Source: Candidatus Marinacidobacterales bacterium (lineage in GTDB: Bacteria > Acidobacteriota > Vicinamibacteria > Marinacidobacterales > DATDRI01). Taken from it: DNA of 64,000 bases. This document shows, in pieces, positions 43,106 to 53,583 of the stretch. Position numbers and translations under genes: made by a program. The stretch covers positions 3,616,001 to 3,680,000 of the forward strand of contig CBDCNP010000002.1 in NCBI GenBank assembly GCA_965219415.1. Reading direction: 5' to 3'. Numbering within the stretch: position 1 is the first letter of the stretch; each line of letters starts with the position of its first letter. Under the pieces are notes generated by a model, which saw only the letters and a program-made list of their open reading frames with translations, was not told where the DNA came from and did not search any database.

Positions 43106-43285
43106 ATGACGAAACCGGATAAGCCTTCCGAACCCCAACCAGAAGAGAATTCCGGCGAGCAGCGAGACAAGAAAAAGCCCTACCAGAGGCCACGGGTGAC
43201 TTTTCGGGAACCTCTCGAGGGTGTAGCCTCCATTTGTAATCCTCCCGGCAAAGGCGCCCCACCTTGCGAGTTCGCTTCTTCCTAA
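43106..43285 (+). CDS. Putative RiPP precursor peptide (59 aa; not in ORF track)
   Basis: GGAG RBS; MTKPDKPSEPQPEENSGEQRDKKKPYQRPRVTFREPLEGVASICNPPGKGAPPCEFASS; YxxP leader motif; 8 bp upstream of maturation genes. Confidence 0.8.
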   Translation: MTKPDKPSEPQPEENSGEQRDKKKPYQRPRVTFREPLEGVASICNPPGKGAPPCEFASS

Positions 43286-43293
43286 GCGAGACT

Positions 43294-43728
43294 ATGAGAG
43301 AGGAAGTCCTGTCCGCCCTCCGGGAATTGGGAATCGAGCAGCCTCTGCGCATCAGAGTTCGAGGTTTCTCGATGGCTCCCGATCTTCCGGACGGTGCGAC
43401 CGTCGAGATCTCACCTCGAATGATCTACTTGCCCGGGGACGTTATCGCTTTCGTGGCGCCTAATGGAGAGCTGAGGGTCCACCGCGTCCTCGGCTATCGA
43501 TGGCAGCTCTCCCACTGGCGCGTAGTTACCAAGGGGGATAACGCGAGCTGGATCGACCCCTCGGTGACGCCGGATCAAGTGCTAGGCCTCGTGCGAGGTG
43601 GCGACTGCGCACGCTCCATCTACGAGGTTCCTATCAGCCACCGTTTTCGAGCCGTCGGCCTCTTGCTCCGGAGGCTCGTCACATGGTGTGCCGCGATCCA
43701 TGGGCGAGAACATCATGAACTTCGGTAA
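43294..43728 (+). CDS. S24/S26 family (signal peptidase I-like) peptidase, soluble
   Basis: VRGFSMAP, GDVI, VHRV, TKGDN. Confidence 0.85.
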   Translation: MREEVLSALRELGIEQPLRIRVRGFSMAPDLPDGATVEISPRMIYLPGDVIAFVAPNGELRVHRVLGYRWQLSHWRVVTKGDNASWIDPSVTPDQVLGLVRGGDCARSIYEVPISHRFRAVGLLLRRLVTWCAAIHGREHHELR

Positions 43729-44656
43729 TCAGTTCCTGAGCTGCCCCGATCTGTTTCCCGCCCGTCTCGCCGGTGAACCTTGGGGGAAGCGGAGCGTGGC
43801 GATCGACTTCTTGGGAAAGCGGTACTTGGTCACGGGGCTCAACAAAGAACAAGCCGACGCAATTCATGCTCACTTCGGTCCCTACTGTCTGCCCGGCGAT
43901 TCCACAGTTTCACCCGAGGTAGAGATTCGGATTTATCGAGCGGACGAAGAAGACTTCAGAAGCTTCGATCTCCGTGGCTGGGACTACACCCTCGACATGG
44001 ACTACCGGGTTGACTCCGTCCGAGTGGCCGGACTCGATTTCATGGGACTTCTCGAGTGCCGCCACGATCTCGTCGCGGCTATTTGGACTTCGGCTCGAGA
44101 CGCGGACGGCTTCTGCGGAGTCTTCGAGAACTTCCTCCGCGTGACCGCCCAGTATCATTTGCTCAGGTCCGGTGGAGTTTTGCTACACAGTGCCGCCTTT
44201 GTCATAGAAGGCACTGCCTATGTCTTCCCCGGCCGCTCCGGGGCGGGCAAGTCGACAGTCTGCCATCTGGCCAAGATACAGGGATGGCGGATCTTGAGCG
44301 ATGAGCTCAACGCTGTCTCGATGCAAGAAGGTCGTGCACTCGTTCGGCAAGTGCCGTTCGCCGGCGACTTCGGGCGGACGAGTTGCTCGAGCAAGTCGTT
44401 TCCCTTAGCCGCCATCTTCAAACTGCGCCAGGCGGAGGACGACACCATCCAGCCGATCTCGCCATCGCAATCGCTCGGCTCGATGTTGTCGTGCGCGCCC
44501 TTCGTGAATCTCGACCCTCACCGATGTGAAACAGCCTCAACCGTGTTGGAGGAGATCGCCTCGGGCCACCCGGGCTTCACACTGAGTTTTTCCCTTGGGG
44601 GGAACTTGAGAGCACTCGAGAGATTCTGTTCTCGCTCGGAGGTACCGGCACTATGA
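43715..44656 (+). CDS. HPr kinase-related P-loop kinase (ScmC-like)
   Basis: LLHSAA, GRSGAGKST, LSDE, PFAG. Confidence 0.8.
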   Translation: MNFGNQFLSCPDLFPARLAGEPWGKRSVAIDFLGKRYLVTGLNKEQADAIHAHFGPYCLPGDSTVSPEVEIRIYRADEEDFRSFDLRGWDYTLDMDYRVDSVRVAGLDFMGLLECRHDLVAAIWTSARDADGFCGVFENFLRVTAQYHLLRSGGVLLHSAAFVIEGTAYVFPGRSGAGKSTVCHLAKIQGWRILSDELNAVSMQEGRALVRQVPFAGDFGRTSCSSKSFPLAAIFKLRQAEDDTIQPISPSQSLGSMLSCAPFVNLDPHRCETASTVLEEIASGHPGFTLSFSLGGNLRALERFCSRSEVPAL

Positions 44657-44934
44657 GCTACGCCTTGTGCAACGACGTCCGCTACCGGCTCCTCCTCAAC
44701 GAGGCTGTTGTCATTCGACAAGATGCAGCCAAAGTCCTCGGATTGAACCTTGTCGGAGCCCGAGTCCTAGAGCTGATCGACCAGGGGCATGGCCAGAGAG
44801 TGATCCTGACGTCACTCGCGGAGGAGTTCGATGTCGCTCCGCGGGAGCTCGAAGCAGATGTGAGTGCTTTCTTGCGAGAGCTCGTGGAGCTCGAGATTGT
44901 CGAGACTGTTCAAACCGCAACCGGAGCCAACTGA
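44653..44934 (+). CDS. PqqD family RiPP recognition element
   Basis: LNLVGARVLELID...LAEEFDV...DVSAFLRELVELEIV. Confidence 0.9.
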   Translation: MSYALCNDVRYRLLLNEAVVIRQDAAKVLGLNLVGARVLELIDQGHGQRVILTSLAEEFDVAPRELEADVSAFLRELVELEIVETVQTATGAN

Positions 44935-44935
44935 C

Positions 44936-45998
44936 ATGGGCTACCACGACGTGATGAAACGCATGGCCGATGAACACGCCCTCATGTCGGTGCTCTTGGA
45001 GCTCACTTACCGCTGCAATCTGGATTGCTTTTTCTGTTACAACGATCTCAACCTCGAGGGCGAACGCCTGTCAACCAACAACTATCTTCAGCTACTCGAA
45101 GACCTGCGCAACTTACAGGTGATGGTCCTCGTCCTATCCGGTGGGGAGCCTCTGACTAGTCCGGCGTTTTGGCCTCTCGGACGCAGGGCTAGAGAGTTGG
45201 GCTTCGTGACCCGCGTCAAATCGAACGGGCACGCCGTCGGAAAGGATGTCGCTCGCCGGCTCAAGAAAGAAGTAGACCCTTATGTCGTCGAGGTCAGCCT
45301 ACACGGCGCTTGCGCCGAGACCCATGACCGCCAGACTCGGGTCGAAGGAAGCTTCGACAAGCTGACCGCTAACCTAGAAGAGATGCGGCGGGCCGGCTTG
45401 CGGGTTAAGCTCAACAGCACGCTCACCCAATGGAACGAGAAACAGATCGCGGAGATGTTCGCCCTCGCGGACGACTTGGATATTCCGCTTTCCATGGACG
45501 CCGTGGTTACCCCGAGAGATGACGGTGATCGCGAGCCCCTCGCAATCGCAGCCTCGGCCGAAGGGGTGGCGCATCTCTATTCATTGCTGCGAGAGCGAAA
45601 AGGGCACCCTCCCCAGGAGATTCTTTCCGGTTGGCACGAGTGGACGGAAAAATTGCGGTACCGGCTCCGCGACGCTCGCGGTCGATCCCTTTGGAAACGT
45701 GTACCCGTGCATTCAGTGGCGCAGGCTGGTTGGGAATCTACACCGACATTCGATCGAGGAGATCTGGGGCGGATCCAAAGCGCTCGATGAGATCCGACGA
45801 TTGAACACAGACGCGGGGCGATTGGTAGACAGCTTGGGTCCCGCGGGCCAAGACATGGGATTCTGTCTCGGGCTGGCGGAAGAGCTGACCGGCGATCCTC
45901 TCGCTCTTTGTCCCCAGGCCGAGCGAAACCTGGGTGTCCTGCGAGAGCTACAGACGAAAACCGAGACGATACGGCTGCCTATTTACGGGCAGGACTGA
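44936..45998 (+). CDS. Radical SAM/SPASM-type peptide maturase (frameshift ~45600-45650)
   Basis: ELTYRCNLDCFFCYN, SGGEP, VSLHG; second frame CGTG...VDPFGNVYPC...VGNL...IW. Confidence 0.88.
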
Positions 45999-47626
45999 TT
46001 GTCTTCGGGTCTCGATCGAGCCCGACAACAACTCCCACAATAACACTGAGAAGGGCGGCGTTCGCGGGCAAATGAAGACTTGAAATCGGTAAAACTATGA
46101 AGCGCGATTGCCAACGCCGCAGAGCAATATCCGGCGTGTAAATAGCGTGCGGCACGGTCACCGAGTAGCCTTTGTCGAGTGCGCCAAGCCGCCTTCCAAA
46201 CGCAGGCTACGAGCCACAAGAAAAGTAGTAGCCCGGGCACACCCAACTCTATGAGGAGCTGCAAATAGTCGTTGTGGGCGTGGGTGTAGGAGACAGCCCC
46301 TCCAAAGCTTCGGTAGATGGGGAAGACCTGGCCGAATGTCCCTAAACCCGATCCGGTAAGCCAAAAATCACTGGTCGCCTGCACGCTGTCCGACCACACT
46401 CGCTGACGCCCCACTTCCTCGTTCCAAAGCTCGGAGACCGCGTCGAAACGCTGAGCCAGGATACCCATTCCAAACCAAATCATGATTCCGGCGACGACGA
46501 AAGAGATTGCTCGAAGGCTTCGCGCCGCGTAGCGCGCCCGTTCGCCAGCACGAACTTCGATCGGCCCTGCTCCTGGTGATCGTGAGCCAACCAGTACGGT
46601 GAAAAGTGCAAGGGCGGCTACCGCAGCGATGATCCCCGACCGGGAGAGCGAAAAGAGGAGTCCCAGGCCAATCACGATAAGTCCGAAGCCTACGATGACG
46701 AACTTGGCTCGCGACTCTTGCCGGACGACATCGGCTAGGCGCGAGAAGCCGGTTCTTTGTGCGTCACTGGTGTCGACACGAGCCATCCTGGCCCCGATCC
46801 AACCGGCGCTGCAGAGCAAGAGCATCTCCATGCTGGCAGCGTAATGGTTGGGGTTGCCGAACGTCCCGCGAGCTCGGAGTCCCACATCCGATGGATCGGC
46901 GCCGAGCAGTTCCTGCAATCCAACAAGCCACTGAGTGATCCCGTACAGGCCAGCCGCGACGCCCACTATCAGGAGCATCGACGAGAGGCGGTCAACGGAG
47001 CGGCGATTCGAAGCCAAGCAAACACCAACGTAGAAAAGAGCGAGGTAGGCCACCCAAAGGCAAAGTCCGCGCTCGATTAGAAAGCTAGACAGTGTTATGG
47101 GTGCTTCGATCGAAGCTTCTTCGTCGAGCATGAGGCCTTGAGCTGCCATCCGGATCTCGCTCGCCCGTGGGGATAGCCGAAGCATCCAACCTTCACGCAG
47201 TGGTAGTAAGGACGCTCCCATCCAAACGGTGAGCAGCAAGAGGGGCATTCCCAAGCCGGCTCGCTTGAATTCGTATCCGGCAAAGAAGAAGGAATCTGGG
47301 CGCCTCTCGGTACGGCCCGGAAGCAGAATCTCGACTCCCGCTACACTTCCTCGCGCAGGAAAGAGGCCTAGACTCAACAGACGGCTGACGGTGGCTAGGT
47401 GCGGATACCGAACGGCGAAAGGCAATTTCCGCGAGGCACGCCGCTGCTCCAAGTTGCGCGCCCTTTCTTCCGGGTTGGTACACCACAAGACACGCAAGAG
47501 AACCCACGACAAGAGACAACCCGCCCCGAGCTCGAGGAGGAGGGTCGCCCACGGCGAGTAGCCTCCCCATCCCAGGGTCACGCAAACCAGCAATAGCACG
47601 ATGGCGTAAGGAAGGTGACGGGGCAT
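45979..47626 (-). CDS. O-antigen ligase family protein (frameshift ~46075)
   Basis: GTFGNPNH, SRSG, GSGLGTF, HAHNDYLQ, HSFTDF continuing as SLHLPANA in another frame. Confidence 0.85.
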
Positions 47627-47633
47627 TTGCTTG

Positions 47634-48833
47634 TTACGAACCTTCTGCGGATGGCTTGTTCAGAAGCAGGAGTTGTCTAAGCTCTCGATCGGCTTGTGAA
47701 TGTCGTGGGTTTAGCCGCAGGACTTCCCGGTAGGACTCAATCGAGGCTCGCCGGTTCCCGGTCTTGCGGTACGCACGGGCCAAGCCAAGCCGTATGTCGG
47801 GATCGTGCGGAGCAGCTTCGGTGGCCTTCAGCAAAAGGCTCTCTGCCATGACCGCCTGCTCCGCCTTCAGATACTGGTAGCCCATGCCTCTCAAAAGCCC
47901 CACGCTAGCCGAAGACGATACGCCGGCATGCCGCTCCACCTTCCTTAGTGCTTCGCTGAAGGCCTCATAAGCTCGCTCCGGCTGACCTAGCTCGAGGTGG
48001 GCCCTCGCGATCACCAAAGCAGCACGAGCAAAATGTGTCCCCACACGCCCCGAGCGATCTTCCTGCTCGAGCCACTCTTGTCCCGTTCGAAGCGCGATAG
48101 CGGGCGCGTTCCACTCGAAGGCCCATCGTGCCGCGTCGAAGAAAAGTTCCCTCTCCGAGGCTGATTCGAGAACCTCGGCGAGAACGTTCAGAGCCTCGGT
48201 TCTGTGCCCCGACCCGGCGAGGGCTAGTGCCAGCTCTTTTCTTGCCGGAACGGTCTCAGGCGTCAAGTCGCGCCACCTGTCCGCTGGCACGCCACTCCAG
48301 GCGACGAGCTTCAACGAGCTGGGGACGAGGTCGGGCTCGAGCTTCATCGCCAACGCCAGGTGACCCAGGCCGCGACGGTGAGCATCGCCGGACTGATCCG
48401 AACTCTGCGACGCAACCTTCCTTATTCGAAGCGGTTCGAGCCTAGGTGTAAGCAACCATTGCGCATACGTGAAACGAAGACGTCCATTCGTGGGAGAAAG
48501 CTCGATGGCCACTTCGAAGGCCCGCTCGCTCAGCTCGCGTTCTTCCAGTCGATTCGCTAGAAAAGCTGCAAGTAGAAATGGCGACTGATAGGAGGCGGGA
48601 GCCTCTTTCAACGATTGGCGAAGATAGGGTCGAATGCGGCTCGAGAAGTCCTTGGACTCGATGGCGTGACGAGTGAGGCCTAACGTTGCTTCTGGATGTC
48701 GCAGCCGCAGGTTCGCCCCGAGATCGATCTCACTGGGAGATCGCGCCCACCTCTCTTGCTCATAGAAGAAAAACGAGGCCCCAGCATAGGCGCCAGCGAC
48801 GACGGCAAGGATGCTAGTCAGCACAAACCGCAT
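47634..48833 (-). CDS. Membrane-anchored TPR protein
   Basis: N-terminal TM followed by TPR-like helical repeats. Confidence 0.7.
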   Translation of the reverse strand: MRFVLTSILAVVAGAYAGASFFFYEQERWARSPSEIDLGANLRLRHPEATLGLTRHAIESKDFSSRIRPYLRQSLKEAPASYQSPFLLAAFLANRLEERELSERAFEVAIELSPTNGRLRFTYAQWLLTPRLEPLRIRKVASQSSDQSGDAHRRGLGHLALAMKLEPDLVPSSLKLVAWSGVPADRWRDLTPETVPARKELALALAGSGHRTEALNVLAEVLESASERELFFDAARWAFEWNAPAIALRTGQEWLEQEDRSGRVGTHFARAALVIARAHLELGQPERAYEAFSEALRKVERHAGVSSSASVGLLRGMGYQYLKAEQAVMAESLLLKATEAAPHDPDIRLGLARAYRKTGNRRASIESYREVLRLNPRHSQADRELRQLLLLNKPSAEGS

Positions 48834-48855
48834 GGTGTTGCAGAAAGAATGGAGT

Positions 48856-49590
48856 CTATTTCCCTACCACCAGCGAACGCCTCACCTTGGACACGGAGTC
48901 GGCCCGCGACTCGCCAAAGGGCGCTGACACGAGGCGGGCTTCGGGGAGCACGTCACTCAACACGAGCCGGATCGCCCCACCCTTCTCCTCGAACGAGTAC
49001 TGCTCCAAGCGGCGAAGGGCGGACTGCACCATGTCTTCGGAGTAAGGCCCCATCTTGCCGATACGGATCTTGGGGTGTCGGGTCATGGAGACCGACTCGC
49101 TGTTGAGCTGCAGTTCTTCGTGGAGTTTCTCCCCCGGGCGAAGGCCGGTAAAAACGATTTCCACATCCTCGAACGGCTTGAGACCCGAAAGCAGGTCATG
49201 TCGCGCGCGAGATCCAGAATGCGCACCGACTCGCCCATGTCGAGAATGTATATTTCACCCCCTTCTCCCATGGCACCCGCCTGGAGAACTAGTTGGGCCG
49301 CTTCCGGAATCGTCATGAAATAGCGCCTCACCTGGGGATGGGTGACGGTCACCGGTTCACCCCGCGCGATCTGTTCTCGAAAAATGGGGATAACGGATCC
49401 GGCCGAGCCCATGACGTTTCCGAACCGAACTGCAACGTAACGAGTCGGAAAGCGACGCCCGAGATCCTGCACGATCAGTTCCGCCATCCTCTTCGAGGCT
49501 CCCATGATGGAAGTCGGTCGGACCGCCTTGTCGGTAGAAACGAGTACAAACGTACTCACCCCGAGCTCACCGGCCAGCACCTCGAGGGAC
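48856..49590 (-). pseudogene. CapD/PglF-like nucleotide-sugar dehydratase, C-terminal fragment
   Basis: [46 protein letters not shown]; frameshift ~49195; N-terminus missing. Confidence 0.85.
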
Positions 49591-50104
49591 GGTACGAACT
49601 TCGTGCCAATCTTCACGCTGTCCGCTGATCGCTTTCAGGCTCGAAACGGTGGAGCTGTTTCCGAAGTTGAAGTGAGAAGCACCTTTCTTCTGACTAACCG
49701 CGAGCGGGTTCAACACGACGTTGCGGAAATGATTGAGCTCGATATTCTCCTTCAGCCTCGTGAGATTATCTGGGTGAAGGCTCAAAGGCGTGCACCCGCC
49801 CTTTTTCTCCCACCAGTTGCGCTAATAGCAACGTGTAAAGCCCATGGTGGGCGCCGACGTCCAGTACAACGTCGCCCGGTGCAACCCACTCTCTGAGGCG
49901 TCTTCTCGCGTCTAACTCGTGGCGGAGCAGGAGCTGAAAGTCTCCGCCCTCTCGAGGATAGAGAGCGAAACGAAAAGGGCATCCGAGCTCGCGGTGGGTC
50001 ACCACCCACCGCCTTGGAAGCAGGTGTAGAGCCTTGCGCATGACGACTTTGGGAACGACTGATTTGATCGCACGATGCACATATGGACCGAGATGGTTGT
50101 TCAT
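49585..50104 (-). pseudogene. FkbM family methyltransferase, truncated
   Basis: VLDVGAHHG, HAFEP, frameshift ~49785, abuts the CapD fragment and lacks the KIDVEG motif. Confidence 0.75.
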
Positions 50105-51329
50105 GGAGTGGGCCCCCAGGCGCGACCGGCTGAGGCGGGCGCTCCATCCTGCATGAGAATGGGAGCGCGTTCTTTCGTGTTGGATCGTCTGGGTGGCGCC
50201 GATACCCGCATCCGCCTCGCGCTCAATGCGATGACCAGGAAGGGCAGGGCTCCGTTCTTGAGAAAGAAGAACACGACGTTGTCTGAATCGGACACGAGAA
50301 GAACGAAACTCAGGTTGATCAGGACGGGGTAGAGGAGAAAACGCGCGTCTTCTGGCCGTAGGGTGGTCAGCATGTGCCGCACCCTCTGAACGAAGCACCC
50401 AAGAATCGCGAAGGCGAGGGCCGCCGCAAGCGGACCGAAGTTGAGCATCGCCTCCCCGGCAAGGCCGTAAACGCGAGATGATTGCAACTTTCCCGGAACG
50501 TACGAGCCGGCCCCGTACTGAGCCTCTGTCCCTTCCTTGACTTTCGTTGGGGGACGGCTCGCCAGAGCGCCCGCGGCACGACCAGTGCCGCCGCCCCTAA
50601 GTAGGTCCGCCCCATTCCGAAACGATAGTCGTCGGGGTATAACAACAACCGATAAAGGAGGAATGCCTGGACATCGCTCCGCGCCAAGTCGCTGAGGATG
50701 GTGGCCTCCAATGTCCGACCCGTCTAACCCGCCAGTGCGGTAACACCTTCGCTCGTTTTGAAGGCCTCCAAGGCTTCTACACCAAGAGCCTTATAGAAGC
50801 CGTAGAGGTACATGAAGGAGATCAGAAAAACGATGCCTACCAGGATCACCTTCTTCGGTACCTGTCTCACCCAGAAGTGAATGATGCCGACTGCCCAGAA
50901 GAGGCCCCATATGGTGTTGCTCCGGCTTCCACGGAGTCCTCCGAAAAACAGCTTGAACGATAGATAGACCAGCAACACCCCAATGATTACGCTCCAGGAA
51001 TACCCGACCCGGCGATGGTGCGCATAGACCGCGAAACCCATGAGCGCGATGATCGGGAAACTTTCGGAGATCATGAACACCCATCCCATTCCCTGGAACC
51101 CCTCGGACTCCGTATAGGCGGTCATGTAACCCAGCACGCCGCACATCCATACCGGAAGGACGAACCAATGGACGAAACGACCGGAAGACGCAATGGTCAA
51201 GATCAGAACAAGACAGCACAAGTAGCAAGCCAAGAAGAAACTACCAGTCGAAATGTGGGTATACGCGTCAGCGGGCAGTCTTCTGGTGGGTTTCCCGAGA
51301 GTAGATGGCCCTGGTGCGTGCTCAGACAC
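50101..51329 (-). pseudogene. Wzy-like polysaccharide polymerase, fragmented
   Basis: Hydrophobic segments, GGLRGSRSN, GEAMLNFG; split in three ORFs with probable internal deletion. Confidence 0.6.
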
Positions 51330-51916
51330 GATAGATCGACTCCATATGTTTGACGCTCTCCTCTATGTTGAACGAACTGTTTTCCACCAGAGCAAGTGCC
51401 TCACGTCCCATCAACTCCGGACGCGTATCACGCGCGGCGAGGATCGCGTCTGCCCACACTGGTGCCGGGGAGGTGAGCGGCAGCCGTCGCAACAGGGGCC
51501 CCACGACATCCGCTTCTGGCGGGACGACATCCGCTATCACACAGGGCAATCCGGCTGCTTGAGCTTCCACGAGCGCCAACCCCAAGCCTTCCCACAACGA
51601 GGGGAAAAAGAACACGTCTGTTGCACCTACCATCAGGCGAGGAACATCGGTTCTGGTTCCCGCGAAGACGAATCTGTCCGCCATCTTGAGTTTGTCCACT
51701 TTTCGTTCGATGATTGGTCGCAGTTTGCCGTCCCCAACGAGCAGGAATCGAGCGTTAACGTCGCGGCGGGCGATTTCGCGAGCAACTTCTATCCATAAGT
51801 GATGGTTCTTCTGTTCCGTAAAGTTCCCCACATGCCCCACCACGAAGGCGTCGGCGGGGATTCCAAGCTCGGCTCGCACAGAGGACTTGTCAATACGCGA
51901 GCGAAAAGGGGACAGG
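51322..51916 (-). pseudogene. GT4 glycosyltransferase, 5'-truncated by IS256
   Basis: GHVGNF..QKNH, FPSLWEGLGLALVEAQAAG; the frame stays open up to the IS end. Confidence 0.85.
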
Positions 51917-52420
51917 GAGTCAAGCCCATTCTTAGTTGAAACTCTCCACGGCTCACGTTTAAGCGACCTTCTTCTTCGATACGGTTGATGTCTTCGCCTC
52001 GATCTTCAGTTCCCGCTTGAGAGCTTCGCGAAGCTTGGGAAGATGGCGGTAGCCCACCACCTTCCTCAAGCGCGGTTCGATGTCTACGAGCGCCGTTGCC
52101 AACCAGCGCCGTTGCCAACCAGCGCTGGCGTTGGCTCGAGTTCTTCCAGTGGTCGACCTTCGCGCAGCGTTCCTCGACGAGAGCATTGACGGACTCAAGG
52201 CAGTTCGTCGTCTTGAACGAACGGCCCAGCACCGCGTGCACGCCGAGTCGATGCAACGTCAGCGTCTCCTCGAGGCCTTCCTCCAGGCTGCCAGCTGCGG
52301 ATTGGTTCCGCTCTTCTAACTCACCGTGGAGTTGCTCGAGCGCAGTGAGGGCCTCTTCGTACTCCTGGACTTGACCCGCTTTCGTGGACACCTAATCCTT
52401 ATGGGAGACAGGAGTCCACG

Positions 52421-52735
52421 ATGTCAAAGCAGGGAAACAGATACGCGGCCGAGTTCCGGCGCCAAATGGTAGAGCTGGTGCGAGCGGGCCGCGGCTCCGA
52501 AGAGCTGGCGCGAGAGTTTGAGCCCTCGGGCCAGACGATCCGGAACTGGGTGAACCAGGCGGATCTCGACGAGGGTCGCAGGCAGGACGGTCTGACGAGT
52601 GAGGAGCGTGCGGAGCTCCGCCGCCTGCGACGGGAGAACCGTCAACTACGGTTGGAGCGGGAGATCCTCTCAAAAGCCGCGGCCTGGTTCGCTCGGGAGA
52701 CCGAGTCGGTACCACCGAAGCCTTCCGATTCGTGA
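52421..52735 (+). CDS. IS3 transposase OrfA
   Basis: HTH, then leucine zipper ELRRLRRENRQLRLEREILSKAAAWF. Confidence 0.9.
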   Translation: MSKQGNRYAAEFRRQMVELVRAGRGSEELAREFEPSGQTIRNWVNQADLDEGRRQDGLTSEERAELRRLRRENRQLRLEREILSKAAAWFARETESVPPKPSDS

Positions 52736-53583
52736 GGGCGAACCAGGATTCACTACCGGTTGCCACGATGTGCCGACTGCTGGACGTCTCCGCCAGCGGC
52801 TACTATGCGTGGCTTGAGCGTGCCCCGTCGGCCCGCGCGGTGTCGGATGCGGAGTTGCTTGAGAAGATCCGGGCGATTCACACCGCGTCGCGGAGCACGT
52901 ACGGCGCGCCGAGGATCCTCCACGAGCTACGAGAGACACACGAGCTCCACGTCTCACGCAAGCGTGTAGCGCGGCTGATGCGCGAGGCTGACATTCAAGG
53001 TGTTCACCGGCGCAAGAGGGCGCACACTACGATTCGCTGTGACGACGCCCGTCCCGCCCCCGATCTCGTCGACAGGAATTTCGAGGTGGACCGGCCCGAC
53101 CGCCTGTGGGTCGCCGATATCACCTACGTGCCTACGTGGTCGGGCTTCTTGTTCCTCGCCGTCGTGCTGGACGCCTTCAGCCGACGCATCGTCGGATGGG
53201 CAATGGCTACCCACCTGCGGACGTCGCTCGTCTTGAGCGCCCTCGACATGGCGCTGTTCCAACGCAAGCCCGGCGACGTCACCCATCACTCGGACCAGGG
53301 CACGCAGTACACGTCACTAGCGTTCGGCCAGCGATGCCGGGAGGCCGGGGTGCGACCGTCGATGGGTTCGGTCGGGGACTGTTACGACAATGCGATGTGC
53401 GAGAGCTTCTTCGCGACGCTCGAGTGCGAGCTGATCGAGCGCCGGTCGTTTCGCTACCACGCTGAGGCGCGCATGGCGACCTTCGATTTCATCGAAGGCT
53501 GGTACAACCCGCGACGACGACACTCCGCCATCGACTATTGCTCGCCTATCCAATTCGAAAGGAGGTACTATCGCGACGCTTGA
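52732..53583 (+). CDS. IS3 transposase OrfB (DDE)
   Basis: WVADITY, HHSDQGTQY, DNAMCESFF; GTGA overlap with OrfA. Confidence 0.93.
   Translation: MRANQDSLPVATMCRLLDVSASGYYAWLERAPSARAVSDAELLEKIRAIHTASRSTYGAPRILHELRETHELHVSRKRVARLMREADIQGVHRRKRAHTTIRCDDARPAPDLVDRNFEVDRPDRLWVADITYVPTWSGFLFLAVVLDAFSRRIVGWAMATHLRTSLVLSALDMALFQRKPGDVTHHSDQGTQYTSLAFGQRCREAGVRPSMGSVGDCYDNAMCESFFATLECELIERRSFRYHAEARMATFDFIEGWYNPRRRHSAIDYCSPIQFERRYYRDA

Noticed and set aside
43106-45998. Lasso peptide or PQQ cluster
   Set aside because: No asparagine-synthetase-like cyclase or transglutaminase-like B2 protease; no pqqB/pqqC and no ExxxY core
13575-49785. Programmed frameshifting at the many 1-nt shifts (about 13575, 18872, 34267, 40610, 40715, 45620, 46075, 49195, 49785)
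   Set aside because: No consistent slippery heptamer; several lie in short homopolymers, so sequencing error or decay is more likely
52700-52740. -1 frameshift signal between IS3 orfA and orfB
   Set aside because: No A6G-type motif at the junction; the GTGA overlap suggests translational coupling
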